Source: a virus
Lineage: Duplodnaviria > Caudoviricetes
Reading direction: 5' to 3' (one strand)
DNA length: 64,000 nt
IMG/VR virus record: IMGVR_UViG_3300028602_000002
Location: 1 to 64,000 of that record
The translations under genes were made by a program, and so were the position numbers. Positions 9,033 to 17,941 of this stretch are shown piece by piece; position 1 is the first letter of the stretch, and each line of letters begins with the position of its first letter. The notes beneath the pieces were generated by a model. It was not told the DNA's origin, searched no databases, and saw only the letters and a program-made list of their open reading frames with translations.

Positions 9033-9108
9033 TGGGGTATCGCCAAGTTGGTAAGGCGCTTGACTGTTAATCAAGTTATCGTAGGTTCGAGTCCTACTAC
9101 CCCAGCCA
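9033..9108 (+). tRNA. tRNA-Asn(GTT)
   Basis: loop CTGTTAA, CCA. Confidence 0.95.
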
Positions 9109-9319
9109 TTGGTTATAATGCAGGTATCAGCTGCTATCCTCCAGTTTTGGTCTGTTCTGGAATATGAGCTAGTGATTCATACAGAAAAACAGACATCAAG
9201 ACATGAGGGCTTAAAACGGATTCCCCGCCGTGGTCTGGGCCAGCGTTGCTGTCACATCAGCCCGAGAAAAACTTACGCCGCAAGTTTAGGGGTTTAAAGC
9301 GGCAAACAACTGAGTCAAT
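9108..9319 (+). ncRNA. unidentified ~210-nt structured RNA with a possible pseudoknot
   Basis: nested stems GTCTGTT/AACAGAC, TATGAG/TTCATA and AAACTT/AAGTTT; loop GCCGC is complementary to downstream GCGGC. Confidence 0.55.
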
Positions 9320-9704
9320 GGGAGTTATTAATATAAAATGCGTCATTTGTGATAGTGAATTTGTTTTAAATGGTAAGCAAGGTGGTCAAAATAGAATTAT
9401 TTGTTATGGTTGTTTGCCCACTGGTTTGAATAGACAAGAAAGAAATAATCGAAGACGAGAACTTTTCTATTACAAAGCACAACAAATGAAGCTGTCACTG
9501 GGATGTAGTAAGTGTGGATATAATAAGTGTGCTGCGGCTTTAGAGTGGCATCACCCATATGATAACAAGGAACATAATTTATCAACTTTGTTAAATGTTA
9601 GTTTGTCGCTGTATATGCAAGAGGTTCAAAAATGTGAACTACTATGTGCTAACTGCCATAGGGAGCATCACTTTAAAACAACGGGGTGTGGCGCAATTTG
9701 GTAG
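9318..9704 (+). CDS. HNH homing endonuclease
   Basis: CSKCGY...LEWHH...C.LLCANCHREHH; start uncertain; stop lies inside tRNA-Pro. Confidence 0.85.
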   Translation: MGVINIKCVICDSEFVLNGKQGGQNRIICYGCLPTGLNRQERNNRRRELFYYKAQQMKLSLGCSKCGYNKCAAALEWHHPYDNKEHNLSTLLNVSLSLYMQEVQKCELLCANCHREHHFKTTGCGAIW

Positions 9705-9758
9705 CGCACTACATTTGGGATGTAGGGGCTGCAGGTTCAAATCCTGTCACTCCGACCA
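9682..9758 (+). tRNA. tRNA-Pro(TGG)
   Basis: loop TTTGGGA, CCA. Confidence 0.95.
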
Positions 9759-9773
9759 CTTAGTTTAATCGCT

Positions 9774-10369
9774 CTTTAATAACTTCATAATTAATTGTAA
9801 ATTCAACTCAGTGAAGAAGGGTTTGTCAGCCCTGCTGAGATGCATCGGAAAGTGTGTGATTCTTGATTGGGATACTGATCAGGATAGCATTTTTGTGGCT
9901 GTGAAGTCATGGGAGAAGGAACAAAGTTCCAACACTAAGATGTAGTTCTGTGTAGCCTATTCGACTTAAATCACAAGACTCATGGCAGCGACAATAGACG
10001 CCCAGATGGGAAGAATCCAGATAGACTACAAGCATGGTAGCTAGAGTCAATGTCTGGAAACACCAATTAAGCTGTTGGCGATGAACCTGAGAAATCAGGG
10101 TATAACATGAGAACTTGGTACGAGTAGCCCAGCCGCCCACAATCAATTACATGATAGTTGGGGTAATGCCCAAGAAGAATATTAATTCTGAAGGCGGGTG
10201 AAAGTTGGAGGTAATCAATCCTCTGTAGTCTTGGGTCTTATGACCGGGGTAAGAAAGTTAGGGGTAGCTCCCCGAAGCTCAGGCTTATTTCACTACTGGA
10301 TGAATAAAGAGGGTAGGAGCATGGGAAGGCGAAGGTCTGAATTTACAATTAATTATGGAGTTATTAAGG
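9774..10369 (+). ncRNA. ROOL-like large structured RNA (~595 nt)
   Basis: 32-bp terminal helix (9774-9805 with 10338-10369), many internal hairpins, no credible ORF; size and tRNA-cluster context fit ROOL. Confidence 0.75.
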
Positions 10370-10402
10370 ATTAACTTTTCAGGTAATGTAGGAGTTGATT
10401 TA

Positions 10403-10561
10403 ATGGGAAAACCTAAAAAACATAAAAGGAAAGGTCCAAAATCAACAAGAGCAGGTTGCCTTTTGTGTAAACCACATAAAAGACAAGGAGTAATTACACC
10501 AACTGTTCAGGAGTTTAAAGCAATAGAAAGAGAAAAGGAAATGCGGGGGTATATACCGTAA
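10403..10561 (+). CDS. small basic protein (CLLCKPHK)
   Basis: RBS GGAG; stop lies inside tRNA-Tyr. Confidence 0.65.
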   Translation: MGKPKKHKRKGPKSTRAGCLLCKPHKRQGVITPTVQEFKAIEREKEMRGYIP

Positions 10562-10631
10562 GTGGGAGCGGGTCTGACTGTAAATCAGATGTCGAAAGGC
10601 TCGGGTGGTTCGACTCCATCTGCCCCCACCA
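10545..10631 (+). tRNA. tRNA-Tyr(GTA)
   Basis: loop CTGTAAA, long variable arm, CCA. Confidence 0.9.
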
Positions 10632-10741
10632 GATATTAATAGTGGGGACGCTATGAACATTTTTTTAATTATATGATAAATGGAAATGATAGTCATAAGC
10701 GTCCCTACTTTTTTCTAAAAAAAGATCAAAAGGAGAACATA

Positions 10742-11371
10742 ATGCCAACAGAAATTCGTTATCAAAGCTGGGATGGCGGTAGTGGTGTAAATGATAAACA
10801 GACTTTAATTGGATATTGTAAAGAAGATCCTAAAGAAGTGTTAAAGAAGGTTTATAAAGAGTATTTTATTAATCGCTATAAAGATTTATACCGCCCTGTT
10901 GACTATAATTTTCCTAATAATGTAGCTGGTTTAGTTATAAAAGAGATAACATTTAATGAGGTTCCTGGTTGTCAAATTACGGGAACATTGGAAGATCTAG
11001 ATTTAAGTATTGCTAAAGGTAAAAATTTAAATCGAGATAGAAAATCTTTTAGAGATGCACTTGAGAATGCTATTAAATGGCATACTTCCTATATAGATGG
11101 AACACTATCTGATCGCTATGTGGCTCAAGTTCAGGAAGTTAAAGAAGTAACTCTTAATGAAGATTTACAAAAGTATTTTGGTATTTATGACAATGGATAT
11201 GATGATGTTTATTATGTAGAATTGTTAGCCAAAACAAAACAGGAAGCAGTTGATATGTTTAAGCAATACTTAGAAATTGAATGTCAAGAAGATTTACTTA
11301 TTAATAAGGGAAACCTTACTGTAATTCATTCATCAGCTTTTGATTTTACTTTAAAACAAAAGGGAGAATGA
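10742..11371 (+). CDS. hypothetical protein
   Basis: RBS AAGGAG upstream of ATG 10742. Confidence 0.7.
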   Translation: MPTEIRYQSWDGGSGVNDKQTLIGYCKEDPKEVLKKVYKEYFINRYKDLYRPVDYNFPNNVAGLVIKEITFNEVPGCQITGTLEDLDLSIAKGKNLNRDRKSFRDALENAIKWHTSYIDGTLSDRYVAQVQEVKEVTLNEDLQKYFGIYDNGYDDVYYVELLAKTKQEAVDMFKQYLEIECQEDLLINKGNLTVIHSSAFDFTLKQKGE

Positions 11372-11547
11372 GTAGAATGTTTGAGAATGATATTACAAAA
11401 TGTGCAAATGAAGAATGTAAAATTAAAAATAGCTGTTTTAGATATACTTGTAAACCAGATTCTCACTGGCAATCTTATGCTATTTTCAACACTGAATTAA
11501 ATGATATATGTGATTTTTTTATAGATAACAAAAATGTGGTGGCTTAG
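11368..11547 (+). CDS. 59-aa Cys-rich protein (DITKC..C...C.RY)
   Basis: ATGA overlap with the upstream gene; stop lies inside tRNA-Ile. Confidence 0.65.
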   Translation: MSRMFENDITKCANEECKIKNSCFRYTCKPDSHWQSYAIFNTELNDICDFFIDNKNVVA

Positions 11548-11613
11548 CATAGCTGGTAATGCAGTCCGCTGATAACGGAAAGAGGTCAGGTTCGATCCCT
11601 GAAGCCACCACCA
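11538..11613 (+). tRNA. tRNA-Ile(GAT)
   Basis: loop CTGATAA, CCA. Confidence 0.95.
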
Positions 11614-11638
11614 TTATTTTTTTTGGAGGAGAAGTAAA

Positions 11639-12079
11639 ATGCCAGTAGTAATTAGTCAATTTAAAGGTCAGTATAGTTTTTTGAGTAACTTCCATTATGC
11701 TGATGTTGAGTATGAAGAAATGAAATTTAAGAGTAGTGAGGCAGCTTTCCAAGCGGCTAAAACAGAAGACAAAGAATTAAGAAAGAAGTTTCAAACTTTA
11801 TCCCCAAGTCAAGCTAAGAAATTAGGAAGAAGAATTCCTTTGAGAGAAGATTGGGAAGATGTTAAAGTTGCAATAATGGAAGAGATTGTAATGAATAAAT
11901 TCACACAAAATATTGGTCTTAAAGAACAATTATTAGAAACTAAAGATGCTATTTTAATAGAGGGAAACTGGTGGCATGATGATTTTTGGGGAGTGGATAT
12001 TGAAAGTGGATTTGGATTGAATCGTTTGGGATTGATTCTAATGAAAGTTCGTGACAACCTACAGAATAGGAGTGAATAA
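11639..12079 (+). CDS. NADAR (YbiA-like) ADP-ribose hydrolase
   Basis: FLSNF, SEAAFQAAK, AKKLGR, KFTQN, D.FWG and N.LG.ILM motifs. Confidence 0.9.
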   Translation: MPVVISQFKGQYSFLSNFHYADVEYEEMKFKSSEAAFQAAKTEDKELRKKFQTLSPSQAKKLGRRIPLREDWEDVKVAIMEEIVMNKFTQNIGLKEQLLETKDAILIEGNWWHDDFWGVDIESGFGLNRLGLILMKVRDNLQNRSE

Positions 12080-12084
12080 TACTA

Positions 12085-12297
12085 ATGCAAGATAGTATGT
12101 TTTTATATGGTTTTATTAATTATCCTGAATTTAGTGGAGCTGTATGGAATACACCAAATGGTAAGATAGTAGTTTGTCATGGTAAATTAAATCTTAATAA
12201 CAATCTATCAATAAAAGATGCAGAAGGAAATGATGTAGCTGATATAGACTTAAGGAATACTTTAATGAATATATTGAAATTGAGTATAATTTTCTAA
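12085..12297 (+). CDS. hypothetical protein
   Basis: RBS and ORF. Confidence 0.55.
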   Translation: MQDSMFLYGFINYPEFSGAVWNTPNGKIVVCHGKLNLNNNLSIKDAEGNDVADIDLRNTLMNILKLSIIF

Positions 12298-12320
12298 TCC
12301 TTAACTAAGGGGGTTAGAAG

Positions 12321-12560
12321 ATGAGTAGAAGCTATAAGAAAACTCCGATAATAAAGAGTACTTCACCTATTTACAGAAGATTTATGAAAAAACAAGCTAA
12401 TAGAAAAGTTAGAAGAACAGATAATATTCCTAATTTTATGCAGTTTAAAAAAGTTTTTCCTTCTTGGGGTATTCATGATTATGTTAGTTTATGTCCAAGG
12501 GAAGATAAACCTCATTGGATGACTGATGACTATTGGGAGAAATGTTATCTGAGGAAGTAA
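12321..12560 (+). CDS. small basic protein (MSRSYKKTP...)
   Basis: KKQANRKVRR and W.I.DY motifs. Confidence 0.75.
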   Translation: MSRSYKKTPIIKSTSPIYRRFMKKQANRKVRRTDNIPNFMQFKKVFPSWGIHDYVSLCPREDKPHWMTDDYWEKCYLRK

Positions 12561-12563
12561 TAC

Positions 12564-12638
12564 GGGGTATTAGTTTAGTGGTAAAATACCAGGTTGTCGC
12601 CCTGGAGTCAGGGGTTCAATTCCCCCTATATCCCGCCA
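12564..12638 (+). tRNA. tRNA-Asp(GTC)
   Basis: CCAGG/CCTGG stem with loop TTGTCGC, CCA. Confidence 0.9.
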
Positions 12639-12668
12639 CTAATTTAAAAGAGTGAAAGGAGCATATTT

Positions 12669-12989
12669 ATGATTTTTGATGATGAAGTTAAAGGTACGGA
12701 ATTTGAGGAGTATTATGAACTAGCTATTCTCATTGGGCAGTTGATTAATGCGGGAATTAAAGAAGGTCAAGTTGAAGAATTAGTTGAACCATTCTTTTAC
12801 TTAGTAGAAGAAATGTATCGTGTATCTATGAATTCTGATATTGCTAGATTATCAGCCCAAATGTATAAAGAGAAATATGAAGCTTACTTGGACGCTGGAT
12901 TTGATCATGATCAATCTTTTAAATTATTAATAGCAGACAGGCAAGATTTTTCAAGGAATATTTCTAACTTAAGTAAGGTAAAAAAATAA
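12669..12989 (+). CDS. hypothetical protein
   Basis: RBS AAGGAG. Confidence 0.7.
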   Translation: MIFDDEVKGTEFEEYYELAILIGQLINAGIKEGQVEELVEPFFYLVEEMYRVSMNSDIARLSAQMYKEKYEAYLDAGFDHDQSFKLLIADRQDFSRNISNLSKVKK

Positions 12990-12990
12990 T

Positions 12991-13067
12991 GGAGTTGGTA
13001 GCTTAATTGGTAGAGCGCCAGATTGTGGCTCTGGTCTGTGCGGGTTCGAGTCCCGTCCTTCTCCCCA
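12991..13067 (+). tRNA. tRNA-His(GTG)
   Basis: G-1/C73, loop TTGTGGC, CCA; two U:U mismatches in the acceptor stem. Confidence 0.9.
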
Positions 13068-13077
13068 ATATTTTTCC

Positions 13078-13106
13078 TTGACAAATCTAAATTTTTATGA
13101 TATAAT
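13078..13106 (+). promoter_or_regulatory. sigmaA-type promoter
   Basis: TTGACA-17-TATAAT followed by ATATATAG. Confidence 0.9.
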
Positions 13107-13140
13107 ATATATAGAAAGTAGAAAAAAGGAGAATAAGCCA

Positions 13141-13217
13141 GAGGGTGAAGCTCAAAAGGCAGTAGCAGCGGACTTTTAATCCGTCGGTTGTGGGTTCGAT
13201 CCCCACCGCCCTCACCA
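13141..13217 (+). tRNA. tRNA-Lys(TTT)
   Basis: loop CTTTTAA, CCA. Confidence 0.95.
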
Positions 13218-13261
13218 CAAACTATCCTGGGTTTGGAGGATAGAGAAGGGGAGGGTAGACT

Positions 13262-13828
13262 GTGAATAAACTCCAATACCTAATCGTTTCTATTTTAGTT
13301 ATTACTTGTATATTATCGCTTTATACATTATTTGATATGCGACAAGAGATGGCTGAAATAGAAAAGGAACTAAAGATAACTGAAGCCCATAATGAAATCT
13401 ATCAAGATGGATTATATTCTACTCTTGAAAGAGTTCGTTATAAGGGTCAGTTGTTAGACGAGTATGAAGAAAACTATTTGTTTTATAAGCAACGAACAGC
13501 AGAATTAGAGGAATTATTTGAACAGATATTTATGGTTGAGGCTACAGCCTATGCACCAATTGATCCTCAAGCTGTTGAAGGTATGTGTTATTCAGGTGAT
13601 CCTTGGGTTACAGCCTCAGGTTTTCGCTCCAATCCAGATATTTCTATTGCAATGGACCCTAAGTTTCCATTTGGAAGTAGGGTTTTAGTAGAAGGATTTG
13701 GAGAGCGAATAATCCATGATAGAGGAGGTGCTATTACTGGTAATAAAATCGACATTATGATGTGGACTTTAGAGGAGGTGATGTCTTTCGGTAGACGATC
13801 TCTTAGAGTAATAGTACTTGAAGACTGA
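13262..13828 (+). CDS. membrane-anchored 3D-domain (MltA-like) cell-wall protein
   Basis: N-terminal TM, coiled coil, then ATAY, TASG, IAMDP, DRGGAI.GNKIDI. Confidence 0.9.
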   Translation: MNKLQYLIVSILVITCILSLYTLFDMRQEMAEIEKELKITEAHNEIYQDGLYSTLERVRYKGQLLDEYEENYLFYKQRTAELEELFEQIFMVEATAYAPIDPQAVEGMCYSGDPWVTASGFRSNPDISIAMDPKFPFGSRVLVEGFGERIIHDRGGAITGNKIDIMMWTLEEVMSFGRRSLRVIVLED

Positions 13829-13844
13829 TACTTTTTCTCCTATA

Positions 13845-14086
13845 GGATATAGTGGACAGGAAAAGTGCCGTTGGCGCCCGGGAATCTTGTTCCAAGGGAA
13901 GCGGATAAGCGGAGTGTCATTCGCTGGCAATTGGTGTAGGAGAGGGTCAGTTGCCCAAACTTGAATTAGTGAGAAATAGATTACTCTTATGATATGAAGG
14001 AGTAACTATTGGGATAGAATAAGTTGTAACATGGACAGCTTATTTTAAATAGTAAGTGGTGGGGCTTACTTTCACATAATATATAT
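13845..14086 (+). ncRNA. unidentified ~240-nt multibranch RNA
   Basis: closing helix GAAAAGTGCC/GGCTTACTTTC, internal stems GGCAATTG/CAGTTGCC, TTACTC/GAGTAA and AATAAGTTGT/ACAGCTTATT; terminator follows. Confidence 0.55.
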
Positions 14087-14098
14087 TATGATTAGGCG

Positions 14099-14133
14099 AA
14101 AGGGGAAGTGACCTATTGGTTACTTCCTCTTTC
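14099..14133 (+). terminator. intrinsic terminator
   Basis: AGGGGAAGTGACC/GGTTACTTCCTCT hairpin plus short T tract. Confidence 0.65.
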
Positions 14134-14337
14134 ACTTACATAGAAGAATTCCTTATTGTTTATTTGGTTATAAATCAAGCATATTTTCATATGTGAAAAA
14201 ATAAACCAGACATTTGAATTCTTTTTTTCCCCTGATAACAATGTTATAAACACTGTTTCCCGCTTCTATTCTATCTTTGAAGCTAACGTGGAAACATAAT
14301 TTTGAAAAAAAATATACTCTAAGCTATAATGAGTTTT

Positions 14338-14366
14338 TTAACAAAACTTTATTTTCATGGTATAAT
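14338..14366 (+). promoter_or_regulatory. sigmaA-type promoter
   Basis: TTAACA-17-TATAAT followed by ATATATAG. Confidence 0.8.
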
Positions 14367-14400
14367 ATATATAGAATAAAAATAATGGAGGGATAAAAGG

Positions 14401-15099
14401 ATGCTTTCTGATCGAGAACCAATCTGGAATGACACGACACTTAATCTTAAAGGTGGAGATACTACTTTTGAAATGTGTGGATGGTGTCAACATAGAACTG
14501 GTGGAGTATATAGATATGATTGTATGCTAAAAGGTGGCTGTCAACTATCTAAATCAGATTATACTACCAAGTATTTTGATAATGCTTGTGATATTAAGTT
14601 GCTTGGAAAACTTGATATAAAAAGTATTATTGAAAGAAAAGAAAGAGAAATAAAAAACAATGAGGAGCAGATTAAAAGAATTAAACAGCATATTCATACA
14701 TTAGAAACATTAGATTTTGCTGATGATATGCCATGTCTACCAGATAATAGATCACATGATCATTTCAATCTCGATGATGAAGTTATGGTTTTTATTAGAG
14801 GTGAAGCTGATTTTACTCCTATAAAAACAGGTTGGTTAGGTGGTAAGGTAGTACCAGGTTATCGCCACCATGATGGATGTGTTAGTGCCTATATTTACGA
14901 AAAATACCATACAGGTGATTACTTAGATGGACATGGATATGGTAGTGGATATGTAATCCCCTTGATTATGTTAAAAGAAGAGTATGAATGGTTCATTGAA
15001 AACCCTATGAGATTTACAGATTGGATTAGATTAGCTTGCGAAGATAAAAAATTTAATGGTGTTATTATAGATTGGATGAATATTGATATTCCTAAATAA
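14401..15099 (+). CDS. hypothetical protein
   Basis: RBS; Cys-rich N-terminus, coiled coil, GYRHHDGCVS motif. Confidence 0.75.
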   Translation: MLSDREPIWNDTTLNLKGGDTTFEMCGWCQHRTGGVYRYDCMLKGGCQLSKSDYTTKYFDNACDIKLLGKLDIKSIIERKEREIKNNEEQIKRIKQHIHTLETLDFADDMPCLPDNRSHDHFNLDDEVMVFIRGEADFTPIKTGWLGGKVVPGYRHHDGCVSAYIYEKYHTGDYLDGHGYGSGYVIPLIMLKEEYEWFIENPMRFTDWIRLACEDKKFNGVIIDWMNIDIPK

Positions 15100-15116
15100 A
15101 AAAGGAGAATCTAAAA

Positions 15117-15395
15117 ATGAAAAGAGTTTTTAAGTATCCTTTAGTGATGATGGATCGAAATACTATTGTCTTACCAAAGGGTAGTAAAATTTTGTCAGTT
15201 GAATCTCAAAAAGATGATATTGTAGTTTATGCCATTGTTGATGATTCTGTTTCCACTGAGGTAGAGGAACATGTATTTCTTATTCGTGGAACAGGTCATC
15301 CTGCCGATGATGTAGATGGTTACGATTTCCTTAACACTGTAAAACTTTATGGAGATACTTTAATATTCCATATTTTCTATGCGAGAGGAGATTAA
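15117..15395 (+). CDS. conserved phage hypothetical protein
   Basis: VFKYPL...LP.G.KILSV...GTGH...FH.F pattern. Confidence 0.8.
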   Translation: MKRVFKYPLVMMDRNTIVLPKGSKILSVESQKDDIVVYAIVDDSVSTEVEEHVFLIRGTGHPADDVDGYDFLNTVKLYGDTLIFHIFYARGD

Positions 15396-15396
15396 T

Positions 15397-15591
15397 ATGT
15401 TAGGTAGTGAAAAGATACAAAAAATAGAGAAATTGTTTGAGAATTTAGGAATTAAAGTCATGGATGATCAAGAGAATTATAGAGATTTAGAAGATATAAT
15501 GACAGAACTAACTGACATCTGGGCAGAAATGGATATGGAGAAAATGGATAAGTTTATGAGCGAGTTTGAGGAGCTATTATTTGGGAGATAG
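15397..15591 (+). CDS. small acidic protein resembling a tape-measure internal motif
   Basis: LGIKVMDDQENYRDLEDIMTELTDIW. Confidence 0.65.
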   Translation: MLGSEKIQKIEKLFENLGIKVMDDQENYRDLEDIMTELTDIWAEMDMEKMDKFMSEFEELLFGR

Positions 15592-15744
15592 TGCCAAGGG
15601 TGGTGGTTAAATGGGTGTTGAGATTGAAGCTATATTATACTCTTTATTAGCTCTAACATCTATAGTAACAGTTTTTTGGATTGTTATTAAAGAATGGATT
15701 GAAAGTAAGTAAATAAATAGAGGAATGAAAGGAGTTTTTTAAGA

Positions 15745-15832
15745 ATGTCAGAAACAGGTAGAGAAGGAATTAGTTTTAGCGCCTAATGAGTTTTCTTATG
15801 TTCTTGACAGAACAAAAGGTAATGTTGATTGT
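15745..15832 (+). pseudogene. possible N-terminal relic of a major-vault-like protein
   Basis: RBS+ATG, then frameshifted ELVLAPNEFSYVLDRTKGNVDC; family assignment from memory of the motif only. Confidence 0.35.
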
Positions 15833-15861
15833 TTTAATAATAGATTAAAAGGAGGCTAAAC

Positions 15862-17321
15862 ATGAAAGAGGATAATAAAGTATTACCTGTAATCTTATTA
15901 ACTATTGTAGCTATCTTTGCGATAGGATTACTTTATTTCTTCCGCACATGGTTTCATGGGTTGGCTATGATTCCAGTTATTCTACCTTGGCTGCCACAAG
16001 TGTTTGTGTTAGGTTTAATTATTGGTTTTATAGCTTACAGGAAGGAAGTAACAGGGGCTTTAATTACAGCAGGAGTTATATTCCTTATATTATTAATTCC
16101 TGCGGGTATTTTCAGCGCCGCTTTCAGGGGGAAGCAATATATAATCAAACAGAGTATAATATTATTGAGCAACTTCCAGAAAACACAGAAAGTATTAGGC
16201 TAATGCCTCTTGATATAGCACGTAGATATGCCAGAGATTCTCTTCAACTAAGTCAATATAAGTTAGGTACACCAAACATTTCATTAATTGAAGATGAATT
16301 ATCTTGGCACTATCCTTTAATCCCTGATGGTTTTATTATTGGTTTCAGATTACCAGTGATGGGATTATCTTATGTAGACGCTACTACACAAGAAAGAAAT
16401 TCTCAAATGGTTCAACAAGATTTTACTATTGGTCAAGGTTTAAGAATGACACGCAACTTATATTGGAATCTTTTCAGGGAAAGATATTTTGTTAACACTG
16501 AAGATCCATATTATGTTGTTCATAATGAGGAGATTTATACAATAGTTCCTGCTATTGAATATAAATTAGGTTTTAAGTTTCCGTTCTTCTACTCTACTCC
16601 ACATTTCGCTGGTAGTTTTGTAGTTGAAGCTCCTAATAAAGTGTCTTTCTTATCCCATGAAGAGTTACTTGAAGCTGAATTTCTTAAGGGAAATATCGTT
16701 TATCCTGAAGTCTTAACAAGAGTGAAAGTTAATGCTCATAGATATAACTTGGGAATTGTAAACAACTGGTTTATTCATGAGAATAAGATAGACTTACAGG
16801 ATGTTTCAACTTCTAATCGTCAACCATTCTTAATGGAAACTGTTGATGGGTTAAAATGGTTCTTGTCAGCTGAGCCACATGGTGCCAGTCATGGTGTTTT
16901 CAAGATATTTATAGTAGACGCCAGAACTGGAGTTATAGAAATGAAAGAGCTTTCTCATGAGCAGTCATTAACTGGTCCAGTTAGAGCAATAGATTATGTT
17001 CGCCGTTCTAATCCTATTGTTGATTGGGAACGATTTACACTAGTAGAGCCGCTACCATTTATCAAAGATGGTGTTCTCTATTGGAAAATTACTGTAGTAC
17101 CTACTGATGGAGCTGGGATAGCTTACCAAGCTTTCTTAGATAGTCGTAATAATCAAGTAATAGAGTTTCTAACTGATGATGATATAAGAAACTTTATTAC
17201 AAGAGGAGAGATTCCTGATACAGATATTCATGAAGGAGAGAAGGAAGCCCCGCTTATTGAAGAAGTTATTGAATTATTAAAGCAAGCGGAACAGCTCTTA
17301 GAAAGAATGTCTATAGAATAA
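15862..17321 (+). CDS. multi-TM membrane protein with large soluble domain, split by a -1 frameshift near 16127-16131
   Basis: ORFs 15862-16203 and 15948-17321 join (FRG/EAIY) if one G is added to the G5 run. Confidence 0.75.
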
Positions 17322-17342
17322 ATTTAAGATGAATAAGTATTA

Positions 17343-17372
17343 AAGAAGTGACTCTGTCACTTCTTTTTTTTT
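17343..17372 (+). terminator. intrinsic terminator
   Basis: AAGAAGTGAC/GTCACTTCTT plus T9. Confidence 0.85.
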
Positions 17373-17386
17373 ACATAAAAAAGTTC

Positions 17387-17415
17387 TTGACAAACTCTTA
17401 AATTCATGATATAAT
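17387..17415 (+). promoter_or_regulatory. sigmaA-type promoter
   Basis: TTGACA-17-TATAAT. Confidence 0.9.
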
Positions 17416-17448
17416 AATATTAGAAGATGAGAAAAAGGTGGTGTTGAA

Positions 17449-17940
17449 ATGTTAAATATCCAGCAATTAAAAGACTTAGTTGGTCAAGTAGCAGAACAGA
17501 TGGAGCATCCTACTCCTATTGTTGTTATTAATAATAGATTTAAGACTAGAACTTTAGCAAGAGCAAGTTGGAATAAAACTGAGGAGAAGATTGAGTTCAA
17601 TAAATGTGTACTAGATTTTGATATTGATGAACTAATTGATTTAATTAGACATGAGATGTTTCATATTAAGTTGCGGGCTGGTGATGATGATTTTCAATTC
17701 CAGATAGCTTGTAGGTTAAGTGGAGTTAAGTTGAATGGCGATGAAAATTATAAGAGTGCTCCAACCGCTGACCCATTTAAGTATCAATTAGTTTGCACCG
17801 CTTGTGGTACTTTACACAAAAAATATAGAAGGCTGGCTGGTTACGCTAAGAGGGTTAAAGAAAGACCTCAAGATTATTTTTGTAAGGAATGTGGTAATCA
17901 GGGTCGGCTCAGTTTAATTGAATTAAAAGGAGGTAATTAG
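17449..17940 (+). CDS. SprT-like zinc metalloprotease
   Basis: HEMFH motif and C-terminal CxxC...CxxC. Confidence 0.85.
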   Translation: MLNIQQLKDLVGQVAEQMEHPTPIVVINNRFKTRTLARASWNKTEEKIEFNKCVLDFDIDELIDLIRHEMFHIKLRAGDDDFQFQIACRLSGVKLNGDENYKSAPTADPFKYQLVCTACGTLHKKYRRLAGYAKRVKERPQDYFCKECGNQGRLSLIELKGGN

Positions 17941-17941
17941 A

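Noticed and set aside
9109-10146. ORFs 9109-9297(+) and 9907-10146(-)
   Set aside because: No clear RBS, and they overlap structured RNA candidates; likely spurious.
13845-14086. RNase P RNA call
   Set aside because: The conserved GAGGAAAGTCC and ACAGAA...GGCTTA blocks match only loosely.
14180-14300. parS-like palindromes (TTTCATATGTGAAA; ACGTGGAAACA)
   Set aside because: Wrong spacing or half-sites only, compared with TGTTTCACGTGAAACA.
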